64,000 nucleotides of DNA from Dehalococcoidia bacterium (lineage in GTDB: Bacteria > Chloroflexota > Dehalococcoidia > GIF9 > AB-539-J10): NCBI GenBank assembly GCA_030615625.1, contig JAUWYX010000002.1, positions 82,722-146,721 on the forward strand, written 5' to 3'. This document shows, piece by piece, positions 19,873 to 29,833 of this stretch; positions within the stretch are counted from its first letter, which is position 1, and every line of letters begins with the position of its first letter. The notes under the pieces are model-generated. The model was not told the DNA's origin, ran no database searches, and saw only the letters and a program-made list of their open reading frames with translations. The position numbers and the translations under genes were made by a program.

Positions 19873-20673
19873 ATGCCAGTTAATATGATTGTCTGTTGCA
19901 AGCAAGTGCCTGACCCTGAAGCGCCACCGTCTGTGTTTAAGGTGGTAAACAACAAGATGACCTTGCCACCAGACGTAAAACCTGTAATCGGTCAATACGA
20001 GGAATTCGCCTTGGAGGCTGCCCTCAAAATCAAGGATACCGGAGGGGGCAAAATTACTGCACTCAGCTTAGGTAATAAGTTCGTTCGCGACGTAATTAAG
20101 AAAGCGTTAGCTGTAGGGGGCGATGAACTCATTCTTCTGGAAGACGAAGCTTTTGAGGGAGGCGATAGCTGGTCAACTGCCAACGCCCTGGCTATGGCAA
20201 TAAAGAAAATAGGGGAATATGACATTATTTTCTGCGGTAGACAATCCTCTGATTGGGATGCTGGTCAAGTAGGTCTAGGCATTGCTGATATTTTAGGAAT
20301 CCCGGCTGTAACCTTAGCTCGTAAGGTGGAAGTCGTCGATGGGAAAGCGAAGGTTGAGCGAGTTATTCCCGATGGCTACCAGGTTGTTGAAGTGACACTT
20401 CCTGCCCTAATTATAGTAACCAGCGGGTTAGGAGCACTTCGTTATGCCACCTTGAAAGGAATCATGACAGCAGCTAAAAAACAACCTGTCATTTGGAAAC
20501 CAGCCGATATTGGGCTCGAGCCTTCACAAATTGGCGCTGCTGGAAGGCATAGCAAGTTAGATAAACTCTTCCAGCCAGTCAAGGAAGCCAAATGTGAAAT
20601 AATCGAAGGAGAGACACCCGCAGAGGCCGGCGCTAATCTAGCCGTAAAACTCAGGGAAGCCAAATTACTTTAA
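19873..20673 (+). CDS. etfB: Electron transfer flavoprotein beta subunit
   Basis: MPVNMIVCCKQVPDPEAPP N-terminus typical of EtfB. RBS AAGGAGG. Followed by etfA. Confidence 0.85.
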   Translation: MPVNMIVCCKQVPDPEAPPSVFKVVNNKMTLPPDVKPVIGQYEEFALEAALKIKDTGGGKITALSLGNKFVRDVIKKALAVGGDELILLEDEAFEGGDSWSTANALAMAIKKIGEYDIIFCGRQSSDWDAGQVGLGIADILGIPAVTLARKVEVVDGKAKVERVIPDGYQVVEVTLPALIIVTSGLGALRYATLKGIMTAAKKQPVIWKPADIGLEPSQIGAAGRHSKLDKLFQPVKEAKCEIIEGETPAEAGANLAVKLREAKLL

Positions 20674-20689
20674 AGTTAAGGAGGAAATA

Positions 20690-21691
20690 ATGGCTGAATA
20701 CAAAGGTATATTAGTTTGTGGTGAGCTAGCAGACGGGAAGTTAGCCTCCATTACCACTGAGTTGCTAGGATGTGGTAGGAAGCTTGCTGATGACCTGAAG
20801 GAAGACTTATCTTGCCTGCTGGCCAGCGATGCAGTTGGCGGAGCTTCTAAAGAAGCAATTGCCTTCGGAGCAGACAAGGTTTATGCTGTAGAACACCCCG
20901 CCCTCAAAGAATACCAAGCTGATTCTTATATGCAAGCCGCGGAAAAATTGGTCAAAGAGATTTCGCCTCGGACAATACTTATGGGGCAAACATCTATGGG
21001 TAGAGACTTGGCTCCTCGCCTTGCCTTCAGACTAGGTACCAGCCTGACAACAGATTGTCTCGACTTAAGCATAGACCCGGCGACAAAGCTGCTGACGCAA
21101 ACGCGTCCTGTTTATGGCGGCAATGCTCAAGCTATGTTCACCAGCGAGTTTATGCCTCAGATGGCTACTGTTAGGACCAAGGCAATGTCACCGTTGGAGC
21201 GTGATGACTCAAGGAAAGGAGAGGTCATACCCACTAAGATTGACATAGATACGTCGAAAGTAAGGACAAAGATATTAGAAACTGTTAAGGAAGAGGCGGT
21301 CGGCATTAAGCTTGAGGATGCCCCTGTGATTGTCTGTGGAGGCAGGGGGATAGGTAGTCCTGAGCCTTTCCAGACTACATTGAAGGAGCTAGCTGATTTG
21401 CTGCATGGTGCAGTAGGTGCCTCACGTCCTCCTGCTGATAATGGTTGGGTGTCAGAGGCGCTGCATATCGGCCTTACTGGAAAAATTGTTGCCCCCGATA
21501 TCTACATTGCTATAGCTGTTTCAGGTGCTAGCCAACACACAGCTGGATGTACAGGCTCCAAACACATCATAGCCATCAATAAGGATCCTGAGGCGAATAT
21601 ATTCAGAGAGGCGGAATTAGGAGTGGTGGGCAAATATGAAGAAGTGGTGCCAGCCTTAACTAACAAGCTAAAGGAGTTATTAGCTGGCTAA
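20690..21691 (+). CDS. etfA: Electron transfer flavoprotein alpha subunit
   Basis: EtfA FAD-binding C-terminal motifs ([20 protein letters not shown]). RBS AAGGAGG. Confidence 0.85.
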   Translation: MAEYKGILVCGELADGKLASITTELLGCGRKLADDLKEDLSCLLASDAVGGASKEAIAFGADKVYAVEHPALKEYQADSYMQAAEKLVKEISPRTILMGQTSMGRDLAPRLAFRLGTSLTTDCLDLSIDPATKLLTQTRPVYGGNAQAMFTSEFMPQMATVRTKAMSPLERDDSRKGEVIPTKIDIDTSKVRTKILETVKEEAVGIKLEDAPVIVCGGRGIGSPEPFQTTLKELADLLHGAVGASRPPADNGWVSEALHIGLTGKIVAPDIYIAIAVSGASQHTAGCTGSKHIIAINKDPEANIFREAELGVVGKYEEVVPALTNKLKELLAG

Positions 21692-21760
21692 GATAGGCTG
21701 AGATAGCAGACTTATTAGCTGACCAAGATAGCGCACTAGCTTTCAGTTGATAACTGTCAG

Positions 21761-23806
21761 CTACCCCGCCTTCTTCTTGTCAGCGATGACTTTCTGACTG
21801 ACATGAGCCGGCACCTCTTCATAATGGTCAAACTCCATCACAAAGCTACCGCGCCCTTGTGTCATTGACCTTAAATCTATGGCATAACGAGTCAGTTCTG
21901 CATAGGGTGCCTGGGCTTCAATGACATTGATGCCATCACCGGGGCTCATCCCAAGCACGTGTCCCCTCTTAGTATTAAGATCGCTAGCAATATCCCCAGT
22001 ATATGTCTCAGGCACGGTTATAGTAAGATTCATTATAGGCTCAAGCAATACCGGCTGTCCCTGAGATAATCCCTTTTTTAAGGCCTGTGCTCCCGCAATC
22101 TTAAAAGCAATATCAGAAGAATCTACTGCATGGAAGCTGCCATCGTAAAGGGTTACTTTCACGTCCACTATGGGATAACCAGCTAAACCCCCTTCTTGTT
22201 TCGCCTCATTGACTCCCTTTTCCACAGAGGGAATATAGTTCTGGGGTATTGCCCCCCCAACGATTTTCTTAGCAAATTCAAATCCCCCACCCCGAGGCAA
22301 AGGTTCCAACTCCAGACGGACATGTCCATATTGACCATGTCCTCCAGTCTGCTTTTTATGTTTATACTCTGCCTTGGTTGACATAGTAATAGTTTCTTTG
22401 TAAGGAATCTTGGGCAGATCTAATTTCACCTCTACTCCAAATTTGCGACGTATTTTATCTTTGATTATCTCCAGGTGGCTATCACCAACTCCGGAAATAA
22501 TAAACTCGTTAGTATCAACTTCGCGACGTGTTTGGAGAGAAGGATCCTCCTCACAAATCCTGGGCAAAACGGTGCTCATCTTGTCTAAATCGGTTTTCGT
22601 CTGAGGCTGGATTGCCATGCTGAAATTCGCTCTGGGGAATTCGATACCAGGGAATATCACAGGATGTTCACGAGCACAGAGGGTATCCCCGGTGGTGGTT
22701 AAACTTAACCTCACTACTGCCCCAATATCTCCGGCAGCAACCTGCGGCACTGGCTGTTGATTTTTGCCCAGCACGGTAAAGAGTTGGCCAATCCGTTCCA
22801 TGTTATTCTTGTTGGCATTCCAAACCTGGGAATTACTGGAAATAACGCCTGAATAAACCCGAAAATAGCTGAGCTTGCCAACATAGGGGTCGGCGCTGGT
22901 TTTAAAAACAAGACCGGAAAAGGGGGACTCCGAATTAGGTTGGATCTCCTCTTGATTACCAGTGGCCCCATCCTTAGCTACGAAGATATCCTTTTCTTCT
23001 GGCGAAGGCAGGTAGTAGCAAATACCATTGAGAACTTGCTGGGTGCCGATGCCCTGCAAAGCAGAGCCAACAAAAACAGGCACCAGCTTGCCAGCAATTG
23101 TAGACTTTTTTATGACAGCAAGAATTTCTTCGTTGTTTATGGGCTCGCCCTCTAAATACTTGTTAATGAGTTCATCATCAGCTTCCACCGCGGCCTCTAT
23201 TAACTTTTCACGGCTAGCTTCCACTTGTTCCCGAAGTGTCGAAGGTATTTCTGCTTCCTGTGAGGCAGCGCCAATATAAGCTTTCATAGTCACCAAATCT
23301 ACAATGCCTTGAAAATCACTTTGTGACCCTATAGGTAACTGAAGAGGCAAACATCTTGGTGACAACTTAGCCTGAATTCCTTCCAAAGTAGCGAAGAAAT
23401 CAGCATTATCACGGTCCATCTTATTAATAAATATTAACCGAGGCAAATTTGCTTTTTCAGCATCGCCCCACATCTGTTCTGTGCCTACCTCCACACCCGA
23501 AGCGGCGCATATTACAACTATTGCCCCCTCGGTTACCCTCAATCCCGATCTTACTTCACCCATAAAATCAGCATATCCCGGGGGATCAATGAGATTCAGC
23601 TTCATCCCCTGCCACTCAAATGGAAGCAGGGACAGGTTGATGCCCATATGACGTTCCATCTCGAGAGGGTCATAATCTGAGGTAGCAGTGCCATTTTCAA
23701 CGTTCCCTAAACGCTGAATAGCGCCTGAGCTAAAGAGCATGGACTCAGTAAGCGAAGTTTTACCTGCCCCTTGATGAGACAGCAAGACAACATTCCGGAT
23801 TTGCAT
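21761..23806 (-). CDS. Elongation factor G family GTPase (EF-G paralogue, EF-G2-like)
   Basis: 681 aa translational GTPase with G-domain and domains II-V. The P-loop is the atypical SHQGAGKTS rather than AHIDAGKTT. Not in an rpsL-rpsG-fusA-tuf context. Confidence 0.75.
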   Translation of the reverse strand: MQIRNVVLLSHQGAGKTSLTESMLFSSGAIQRLGNVENGTATSDYDPLEMERHMGINLSLLPFEWQGMKLNLIDPPGYADFMGEVRSGLRVTEGAIVVICAASGVEVGTEQMWGDAEKANLPRLIFINKMDRDNADFFATLEGIQAKLSPRCLPLQLPIGSQSDFQGIVDLVTMKAYIGAASQEAEIPSTLREQVEASREKLIEAAVEADDELINKYLEGEPINNEEILAVIKKSTIAGKLVPVFVGSALQGIGTQQVLNGICYYLPSPEEKDIFVAKDGATGNQEEIQPNSESPFSGLVFKTSADPYVGKLSYFRVYSGVISSNSQVWNANKNNMERIGQLFTVLGKNQQPVPQVAAGDIGAVVRLSLTTTGDTLCAREHPVIFPGIEFPRANFSMAIQPQTKTDLDKMSTVLPRICEEDPSLQTRREVDTNEFIISGVGDSHLEIIKDKIRRKFGVEVKLDLPKIPYKETITMSTKAEYKHKKQTGGHGQYGHVRLELEPLPRGGGFEFAKKIVGGAIPQNYIPSVEKGVNEAKQEGGLAGYPIVDVKVTLYDGSFHAVDSSDIAFKIAGAQALKKGLSQGQPVLLEPIMNLTITVPETYTGDIASDLNTKRGHVLGMSPGDGINVIEAQAPYAELTRYAIDLRSMTQGRGSFVMEFDHYEEVPAHVSQKVIADKKKAG

Positions 23807-23893
23807 GGCCCTCCATTATAATCTTGCCCCTGAAGATACGCAACCATTGTTACATTACGAAGCGTAATGCTATAATGTAACAGTCACGCCAAG

Positions 23894-24181
23894 ATGAAAC
23901 TGAGTTACGAACAGGTGAGGCATATCGCTTGGCTTGCTCGCTTGGGCTTAAGCGAGGAGGAGGTGGATAAATTTAGCCTCCAGCTATCTAATATTCTGGA
24001 GAACTTCGAAATACTCAAGCAAGTAGATACAGGCAACGTGTCACCAGCAACTCATACCATCCCACTACAAAATGTCTTCCGGAAAGACGATGTAGCTGAC
24101 TCATATTCCCAAGCTGAGATTTTATCAAACGCACCAAAACAAGCAGAAAAATGTTTCAACGTTCAGGCAATACTAGAGTAA
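23894..24181 (+). CDS. gatC: Asp/Glu-tRNA amidotransferase subunit C
   Basis: 95 aa, MKLSYEQVRHIAWLARLGLSEEEV typical of GatC. Confidence 0.8.
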   Translation: MKLSYEQVRHIAWLARLGLSEEEVDKFSLQLSNILENFEILKQVDTGNVSPATHTIPLQNVFRKDDVADSYSQAEILSNAPKQAEKCFNVQAILE

Positions 24182-24194
24182 GCTCATCAGACAA

Positions 24195-24845
24195 ATGATT
24201 ACCGACATAGTTATCGCCATCATAGTTGGCTACCTCTTTGGCTCTTTCCCTTCAGCATATCTTGCCGGTCGTCTGAGAAAAAGGATAGACATCCGAGAGG
24301 TCGGAAGCAAAAACATGGGTGCTATGAATGTCTACTACGAGGTCGGGCGAGTAGAGGCCGTGCTAGTGACCCTGGCTGACCTGGGCAAAGGCATAGGAGC
24401 AATTCTTTTGGTGCGGTGGTTGTCAGGCATCCCTCTGACTTCAGGATTTGATCTTCTTACCGGGCTTACCAGCGCAGCTGCCATAATCGGCCATGTCTTT
24501 CCCGTTTTTCTTAAATTCCGTGGTGGTAAAGGAGGAGCTGTCGCCATCGGGATTCTCATCTTCTTGATGCCCTGGGCAGTTCCGTTTCTCTTTATTGTTT
24601 TTGCAATAGCTTTACTTGTTACTCGTAATCCCACCTTTAGTTATAGCCTGCTTCTTATTGTTTTACCATTTGTTGCCTGGCGTATCTATTTTAATACCCA
24701 CGGCGAGGATTTAATATTCTTTTCAATAGGCGTAGGGGTATTCATGGGCATACAGTACATCCCCAGGCTTAAAGAGATGCACAGCAAAACTGGTGGCGAC
24801 TGGCGCAAAGTTATCAAGCGTCGCAGCCTCAAAGAAAGGTTCTAA
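24195..24845 (+). CDS. plsY: Glycerol-3-phosphate acyltransferase PlsY
   Basis: Membrane protein with the [10 protein letters not shown] (GSGNxGATN-type) PlsY motif. Confidence 0.8.
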   Translation: MITDIVIAIIVGYLFGSFPSAYLAGRLRKRIDIREVGSKNMGAMNVYYEVGRVEAVLVTLADLGKGIGAILLVRWLSGIPLTSGFDLLTGLTSAAAIIGHVFPVFLKFRGGKGGAVAIGILIFLMPWAVPFLFIVFAIALLVTRNPTFSYSLLLIVLPFVAWRIYFNTHGEDLIFFSIGVGVFMGIQYIPRLKEMHSKTGGDWRKVIKRRSLKERF

Positions 24846-24847
24846 GT

Positions 24848-26320
24848 ATGCAGGCGAATGAACTGCACCAGCTAACTACCCATGAAGCACACGAGCTTCT
24901 TAAACAAAGGAAAATTTCGTCAGCGGAACTGACAAAATCTGTACTGAAGCGTATCGCTGAGATAGAAGGGAAGGTTCACGCCTGTGTCACTATTGCTGAA
25001 GACATCGCTCTGAAAGAGGCAGAAAAGGTCGATGATTACATCAAAACTGCCCATGAAATTACCCCTTTAACCGGCATCCCTATCTTAATCAAAGATGTCA
25101 TATGCACCAAGGGGATAAGAACTACCTGTGGTTCAAAGATGCTGGAAAACTTCGTCCCTCCCTATGATGCTACGGTAATAGAGAAACTGAAGGCACAGAA
25201 GGCGGTAATAGTCGGCAAAACGAATATGGATGAATTTGCCATGGGCTCTTCCACGGAGCACTCCGCCTTTTTCCCCACCCACAATCCCTGGGATTTAAGT
25301 CGTGTCCCTGGAGGTAGCAGCGGTGGCTCAGCGGCTGCTGTAGCTGTTGATGAAACTATTTATGCTCTGGGCTCTGACACTGGGGGCAGCATCCGTCAAC
25401 CAGCCGCACTTTGCAGTGTGGTGGGACTTAAACCAACCTATGGTCGGGTCAGCCGCTTCGGCTTGGTTGCTTTTGCCAGTTCTCTCGACCAAATTGGACC
25501 AATAACCAAGGATGTCACTGACTGCGCCTTGGTGATGAATGTCATTTCCGGGTATGACTCCAGAGACTCAACCTCAGCACCTTATCCTGTCCCAGACTAC
25601 ACCCGACAACTGATTCCCAGCATCAAAGGACTAAAGATTGGCATTCCCAGGGAATATCTTGTCGAGGGCGTGCAGAACCAAGTAAAAGCAGCTTTGGAAG
25701 CTGCTATAAATAAACTCCAGGAACTTGGTGCGGAAATAGATTGGGAAGTCTCTTTACCACACACTAAATACGCCCTGGCTGCTTACTATATACTTGCTCC
25801 ATCCGAAGCCTCAGCTAATTTGGCTCGCTATGACGGAGTGAAATATGGCTTTTCTGAGCGAAATGCCCGTAATGTAATCGAAACAACGGAGAGGACTCGG
25901 CAATTTGGCTTCGGGCTTGAGGTTAAAAGGCGTATAATGCTAGGCACTTATGCTCTATCCGCAGGTTATTACGACGCTTACTATCTTAAGGCACAGAAGG
26001 TGCGCACACTGATAAAACAGGAATTTGACCAGGCCTTTGAAAAATATGATGCTCTGGTCACCCCAACTTCGCCAATAGTGCCTTTTAAGCTGGGTGAAAA
26101 GTTAGAAGACCCGATGCAGATGTATCTAAGCGATGTATGCACCTTACCCATAAACATCGCTGGAATCCCGGCCATCTCCATACCCGCCGGCTTTGCTGAC
26201 AACCTACCTATAGGTATGCAAATTATGGGCAAGCCTTTCAGCGAGGAAATACTGCTGCGCATCGCCTTCGCCTATGAACAAACAACCGATTGGCATAAGA
26301 GAAAACCTCCGTTATCATGA
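24848..26320 (+). CDS. gatA: Glu-tRNA(Gln) amidotransferase subunit A
   Basis: Amidase signature [12 protein letters not shown] and the catalytic Ser-cisSer-Lys context; 490 aa. Confidence 0.9.
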   Translation: MQANELHQLTTHEAHELLKQRKISSAELTKSVLKRIAEIEGKVHACVTIAEDIALKEAEKVDDYIKTAHEITPLTGIPILIKDVICTKGIRTTCGSKMLENFVPPYDATVIEKLKAQKAVIVGKTNMDEFAMGSSTEHSAFFPTHNPWDLSRVPGGSSGGSAAAVAVDETIYALGSDTGGSIRQPAALCSVVGLKPTYGRVSRFGLVAFASSLDQIGPITKDVTDCALVMNVISGYDSRDSTSAPYPVPDYTRQLIPSIKGLKIGIPREYLVEGVQNQVKAALEAAINKLQELGAEIDWEVSLPHTKYALAAYYILAPSEASANLARYDGVKYGFSERNARNVIETTERTRQFGFGLEVKRRIMLGTYALSAGYYDAYYLKAQKVRTLIKQEFDQAFEKYDALVTPTSPIVPFKLGEKLEDPMQMYLSDVCTLPINIAGIPAISIPAGFADNLPIGMQIMGKPFSEEILLRIAFAYEQTTDWHKRKPPLS

Positions 26321-26413
26321 AAATAGTGCGAGTGACATGCTATTCAGGCTATGTCTCTGCCGAAGCGCCGCAATCCTTTATGACTTTCCATATCCTGTGG
26401 ATTTGGGCACAAT

Positions 26414-26551
26414 ATGACTAGCAGGCGGAAGAGAAGGCAGGCTGAACGCAGGCTTGCCAAGGCTGGCAAACGGACTCAGATTTCGATTTGGACCATCGTT
26501 ATTATCGCCCTGGTAGTTTTGGTGGTTGGCTTAGCCCGAACTTGCGGATAA
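26414..26551 (+). CDS. Possible small membrane protein (45 aa); weak call
   Basis: ATG-initiated MTSRRKRRQAERRLAKAGKRTQISIWTIVIIALVVLVVGLARTCG: a basic N-terminus followed by one TM helix. Below the ORF-track size cutoff. Confidence 0.25.
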   Translation: MTSRRKRRQAERRLAKAGKRTQISIWTIVIIALVVLVVGLARTCG

Positions 26552-26875
26552 CTCACCGACAGAGCGGGGTCAACTGTATTTTTTACAATACATGGTAAGA
26601 CAGAACTGAATTTAGTGACGGAGTTCATCTCCGCCTAAAGGAGAGAATAGCGTATTCACCCCCTCGAATTAGCTCGTGACACAAAAGCTCTCCGTGAAGA
26701 AATACAGCAGAACGCTATGCAACAAATTGGCCACATGTGGGCGTTAAGAAGGAACGAAGGAACCGGCTTGGGACTATTATGATACGAGGCTTAGGCCACA
26801 ATCAACCAAAAGGCACAGCCGTGGCAGGCCACTCAATAAGATTCCTGGCTCAGAGGTGAATTACACGTGATTAAT

Positions 26876-27934
26876 TCACAAGTTATATAGAGACACCCAC
26901 TTAGGCTTCATATCCCTTATATTCCGGAAGACTTCATCAAAGTCGAAGCTGTAGTCAAAATGCTCCTTTGCTTGGTGTCTCATATGTCCTCGTATCTCAA
27001 GGTGGCGGATAACGATTAGCTCTTCCTCTTCATGAGACGCATGCACAAGTTGGATTCCCGAAGGACTCCAGACGCCGCTTTCGCCGCAGAAGCGCCTACC
27101 ACTTTTTTCAAACACGCCCACGCAGTTAGCCCCGATGCTCCATACCTGGTTATGGGCAGCCAATGCTGAGTGCATCAGCCTCCAGATGAACTGATAGTAG
27201 TTGTCTAGCTGCAGGTTAAGCAAGGGGTACTTACGGACTGCTTCCATTCGCCAAGCAGCCAAGGTAATGATAACATCCACATCATCGTCAAAAGCATATC
27301 TTCTGCCCAGACCTACAAAACACAGGTCATAGCACATCACTATTCCCATCCTCCCCCATCGCATATCCAGCACCAACCTCCTGTCACTTCCTCTGTGAAA
27401 AAAGAGTTTATCCAGCGGAGTTAAAAATATCTTGTCGTAGAATATATTATTGTAATCAGCGTCCGGCGTCATCACAAAGGTGCTATCGTGTATCTTTGCG
27501 TGGTGTTTATCCACTCTTACATTGCTAAAGAAGACCATCTTCAGCCCGTTGCCGCTGCCAACTAGCCCCGCTTTTATACCATCCAGCACCCTTTTTACCT
27601 CCGGCTGGTGGTTATCACTGGCTTTCAGTTGCTCCTGTACCTCTGCCTTGTGGCCCGCGTCCCAAACATAGCCAGAAATACACAATTCTGGAAAGATCAG
27701 GATATCAGCACTCACCTCGTGGGCTACCTGTACGATACTTTCCATGCGTGAGAGATTGTAGCTAATATCAAACTTGGGGTTTATATTCGCTATCATAAAT
27801 GTAGGGCAAGCTTCGCTTTCGGAGAATGTCACATCCATCACCTTGTATCCGCTGACCAGAGTGGCAACGGCACCATCTCCTTGTTTTACACTTGCCGATG
27901 TATTTGGTTCGGTTTTCCTTTGCTTCTCACTCAT
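26876..27934 (-). CDS. Carbon-nitrogen hydrolase (nitrilase/amidase superfamily) protein
   Basis: IFPELCISGYVWD (catalytic Glu region) and GIVMCYDLCF (catalytic Cys) motifs of the CN-hydrolase family. The exact start is uncertain. Confidence 0.7.
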   Translation of the reverse strand: MSEKQRKTEPNTSASVKQGDGAVATLVSGYKVMDVTFSESEACPTFMIANINPKFDISYNLSRMESIVQVAHEVSADILIFPELCISGYVWDAGHKAEVQEQLKASDNHQPEVKRVLDGIKAGLVGSGNGLKMVFFSNVRVDKHHAKIHDSTFVMTPDADYNNIFYDKIFLTPLDKLFFHRGSDRRLVLDMRWGRMGIVMCYDLCFVGLGRRYAFDDDVDVIITLAAWRMEAVRKYPLLNLQLDNYYQFIWRLMHSALAAHNQVWSIGANCVGVFEKSGRRFCGESGVWSPSGIQLVHASHEEEELIVIRHLEIRGHMRHQAKEHFDYSFDFDEVFRNIRDMKPKWVSLYNL

Positions 27935-28057
27935 TCGTACATTCTACACCAACCGTTGTGCCAGGCAAAAGAAGTTTTTGAGAGTGTGTTTTGGCTCGTC
28001 AAGCCACTTCCCTGTGCTCGGTATGGAAATAGAAAGCCTGTGCCGTTGAACAATCTG

Positions 28058-28350
28058 GGTGATGAAGCCTTCCCATCCCCGGGCTTTTCGCTGAACATCA
28101 ATTAACTTGGCATGCTCGGAGTTGATTTCGGGAATTAAGATGGGCACATCTTCATCGTAGCGGAAGGCTGAGGCCGTACTTATAACCGCTTTATCTCTGG
28201 CAAATTTCGGTTACAGAATCTTCGCCTGGTCGGATTCTACGGCGGGAAAGACGATATCCAGAGCGGAGACATCCATGTAGGTAGCATTCTGGACGGGCAT
28301 GGCCATAACCTCCTCTACCGGAGGCTCCTGGCAGAACCAGCGCAAGGCTC
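28058..28350 (-). pseudogene. Degenerate internal fragment of asd (partial segmental duplicate)
   Basis: About 290 bp with ~90% nucleotide identity to asd positions ~29076-29350. It carries frame-disrupting differences. The ORF 27944..28147 encodes ...ILIPEINSEHAKLIDVQRKARGWEGFIT, matching the internal Asd peptide ILIPGINSEHAKLIDVQRKARGWKGFIT. Confidence 0.6.
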
Positions 28351-28437
28351 AGTTTCTACGTTGTTGCCAGGCTGGCTTCGCCAGCCGAGGTAATCTCGGT
28401 GGGGAAAGAGTAGGAGAAAAGTAGAGTTGCCCCCATT

Positions 28438-29520
28438 TTACGAGGAAATATACCCTTCTCTGATAAGGAGTTCGGCGACAAGAACTGCGCCCTTAGCAGC
28501 TCCCATCTTGGTGTTGTGGGATACGAGAAGGTACTTGATGCCGTTTTTCAGGACGTTGTCTTTCCTGATTCTACCGACCACGGTGGCCATGCCATCCTCA
28601 GCATCACGGTCAAGTCGCGGCTGAGGTCGGAACGGGTCTTCGTGGACTATTATCATGTGTCTGGGGGCTGAAGGCAGGTCAGTGTCACCAGGCGAACCAA
28701 CATATTCCCTCATGGCCCTGGCAACCTCGTCCGCCTCACAGGCTTTCTGGGTGGAGACGAAGACTGATTCCGTATGTCCTTCCCGAACATTAACACGGGT
28801 GCAGGTGCAGCTTACGTTGAACTTGGCTGAACTGATAGAATTACCTGCGAACCTGCCCAAGATTTTCTGCGTTTCACGCTGTACCTTTTCTTCTTCCCCG
28901 GCAATAAAGGGAATAACATTATCCAGGATGTCGAGGCCTATCACTCCCGGGCTCCGGCCTGCTCCTGACAGGGCTTGCATGGAGGTCATTATAACGGCAT
29001 TCACGCCAAACGATTCGCAGATTGGTTTTAGGGCTATAGCCAGGCCGGTGGTGGTGCAGTTGGGAATAGGTGTAATGAAGCCTTTCCATCCCCGGGCTTT
29101 TCTCTGAACATCAATTAATTTGGCATGCTCGGAGTTGATACCCGGAATTAAGATGGGCACATCCTCATCGTAGCGGAAGGCTGAGGCCGTGCTTATAACC
29201 GCTTTATCTCTGGCGAACTTCGGTTCCAGAATCTTCGCCTGGTCGGACTCTATGGCGGAAAAGACGATATCCAGGGCGGAGGCATCCATCTCGGCGGCAT
29301 TCTGGACAGGCATAGTCATAACCTCCTCTACCGGAGGCTCCTGGCAGAACCAGCGCAAGGCTCCAGACTGGGCATCGGTTATGGCTTCCTTATAGCTGCG
29401 CCCTGCTGACCTCTCGGAGGCAGCAAGGGCAGCAATTTGAATCCAGGGGTGACCCTTCAGGGCAACGAGAAATTGCTGACCAACTATGCCAGTGGCTCCG
29501 ACGATTGCAGCTTTTACCAT
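28438..29520 (-). CDS. asd: Aspartate-semialdehyde dehydrogenase
   Basis: MVKAAIVGATGIVGQQF NAD-binding N-terminus and Asd dimerisation/catalytic domain. The start at 29520 is preceded by an AGAGGGA RBS. Confidence 0.85.
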   Translation of the reverse strand: MVKAAIVGATGIVGQQFLVALKGHPWIQIAALAASERSAGRSYKEAITDAQSGALRWFCQEPPVEEVMTMPVQNAAEMDASALDIVFSAIESDQAKILEPKFARDKAVISTASAFRYDEDVPILIPGINSEHAKLIDVQRKARGWKGFITPIPNCTTTGLAIALKPICESFGVNAVIMTSMQALSGAGRSPGVIGLDILDNVIPFIAGEEEKVQRETQKILGRFAGNSISSAKFNVSCTCTRVNVREGHTESVFVSTQKACEADEVARAMREYVGSPGDTDLPSAPRHMIIVHEDPFRPQPRLDRDAEDGMATVVGRIRKDNVLKNGIKYLLVSHNTKMGAAKGAVLVAELLIREGYISS

Positions 29521-29718
29521 GGTTTCCCTCTGCTCTGTTTTCAATTTAAGGATAATCGGGCACTATAAATTAAATACTTATTTCTTGTCAAATTTCGTGC
29601 ACCTGCTGATACCTTGTCAGGTGTCGCCTTGGTAGCTCCTCATGTTTGGCCTATATATCTATATTTTCTCCCTGCAGATTAGGCACAAGCAGCTTGCACT
29701 CCCTTTTACTGAGCTAAT

Positions 29719-29790
29719 CGGGGCGAGAGGACTTGAACCTCCGACCTCAGCGTCCCGAACGCTGCGCGCTACCAACTGCGCTACGCCCCG
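29719..29790 (-). tRNA. tRNA-Pro (anticodon CGG)
   Basis: Reverse complement reads CGGGGCGTAGCGCAGTTGGTAGCGCGCAGCGTTCGGGACGCTG...GGTTCAAGTCCTCTCGCCCCGA. It has a 7-bp acceptor stem and D-loop AGTTGGTAG. Anticodon stem CAGCG/CGCTG has loop TTCGGGA (anticodon CGG). T-loop GGTTCAAGTCC. CCA is not encoded. Confidence 0.8.
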
Positions 29791-29833
29791 TTTGCCTATG
29801 CTATTATATGATGCTTTAACTATTGAGGCAAGG

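Noticed and set aside
29642-29833. N-terminal extension of the 29642..31018 ORF
   Set aside because: It would read straight through the minus-strand tRNA-Pro (29719-29790). The ApgM family N-terminus (VKYCVLIIDG) begins at the GTG at 29834, which has an RBS.
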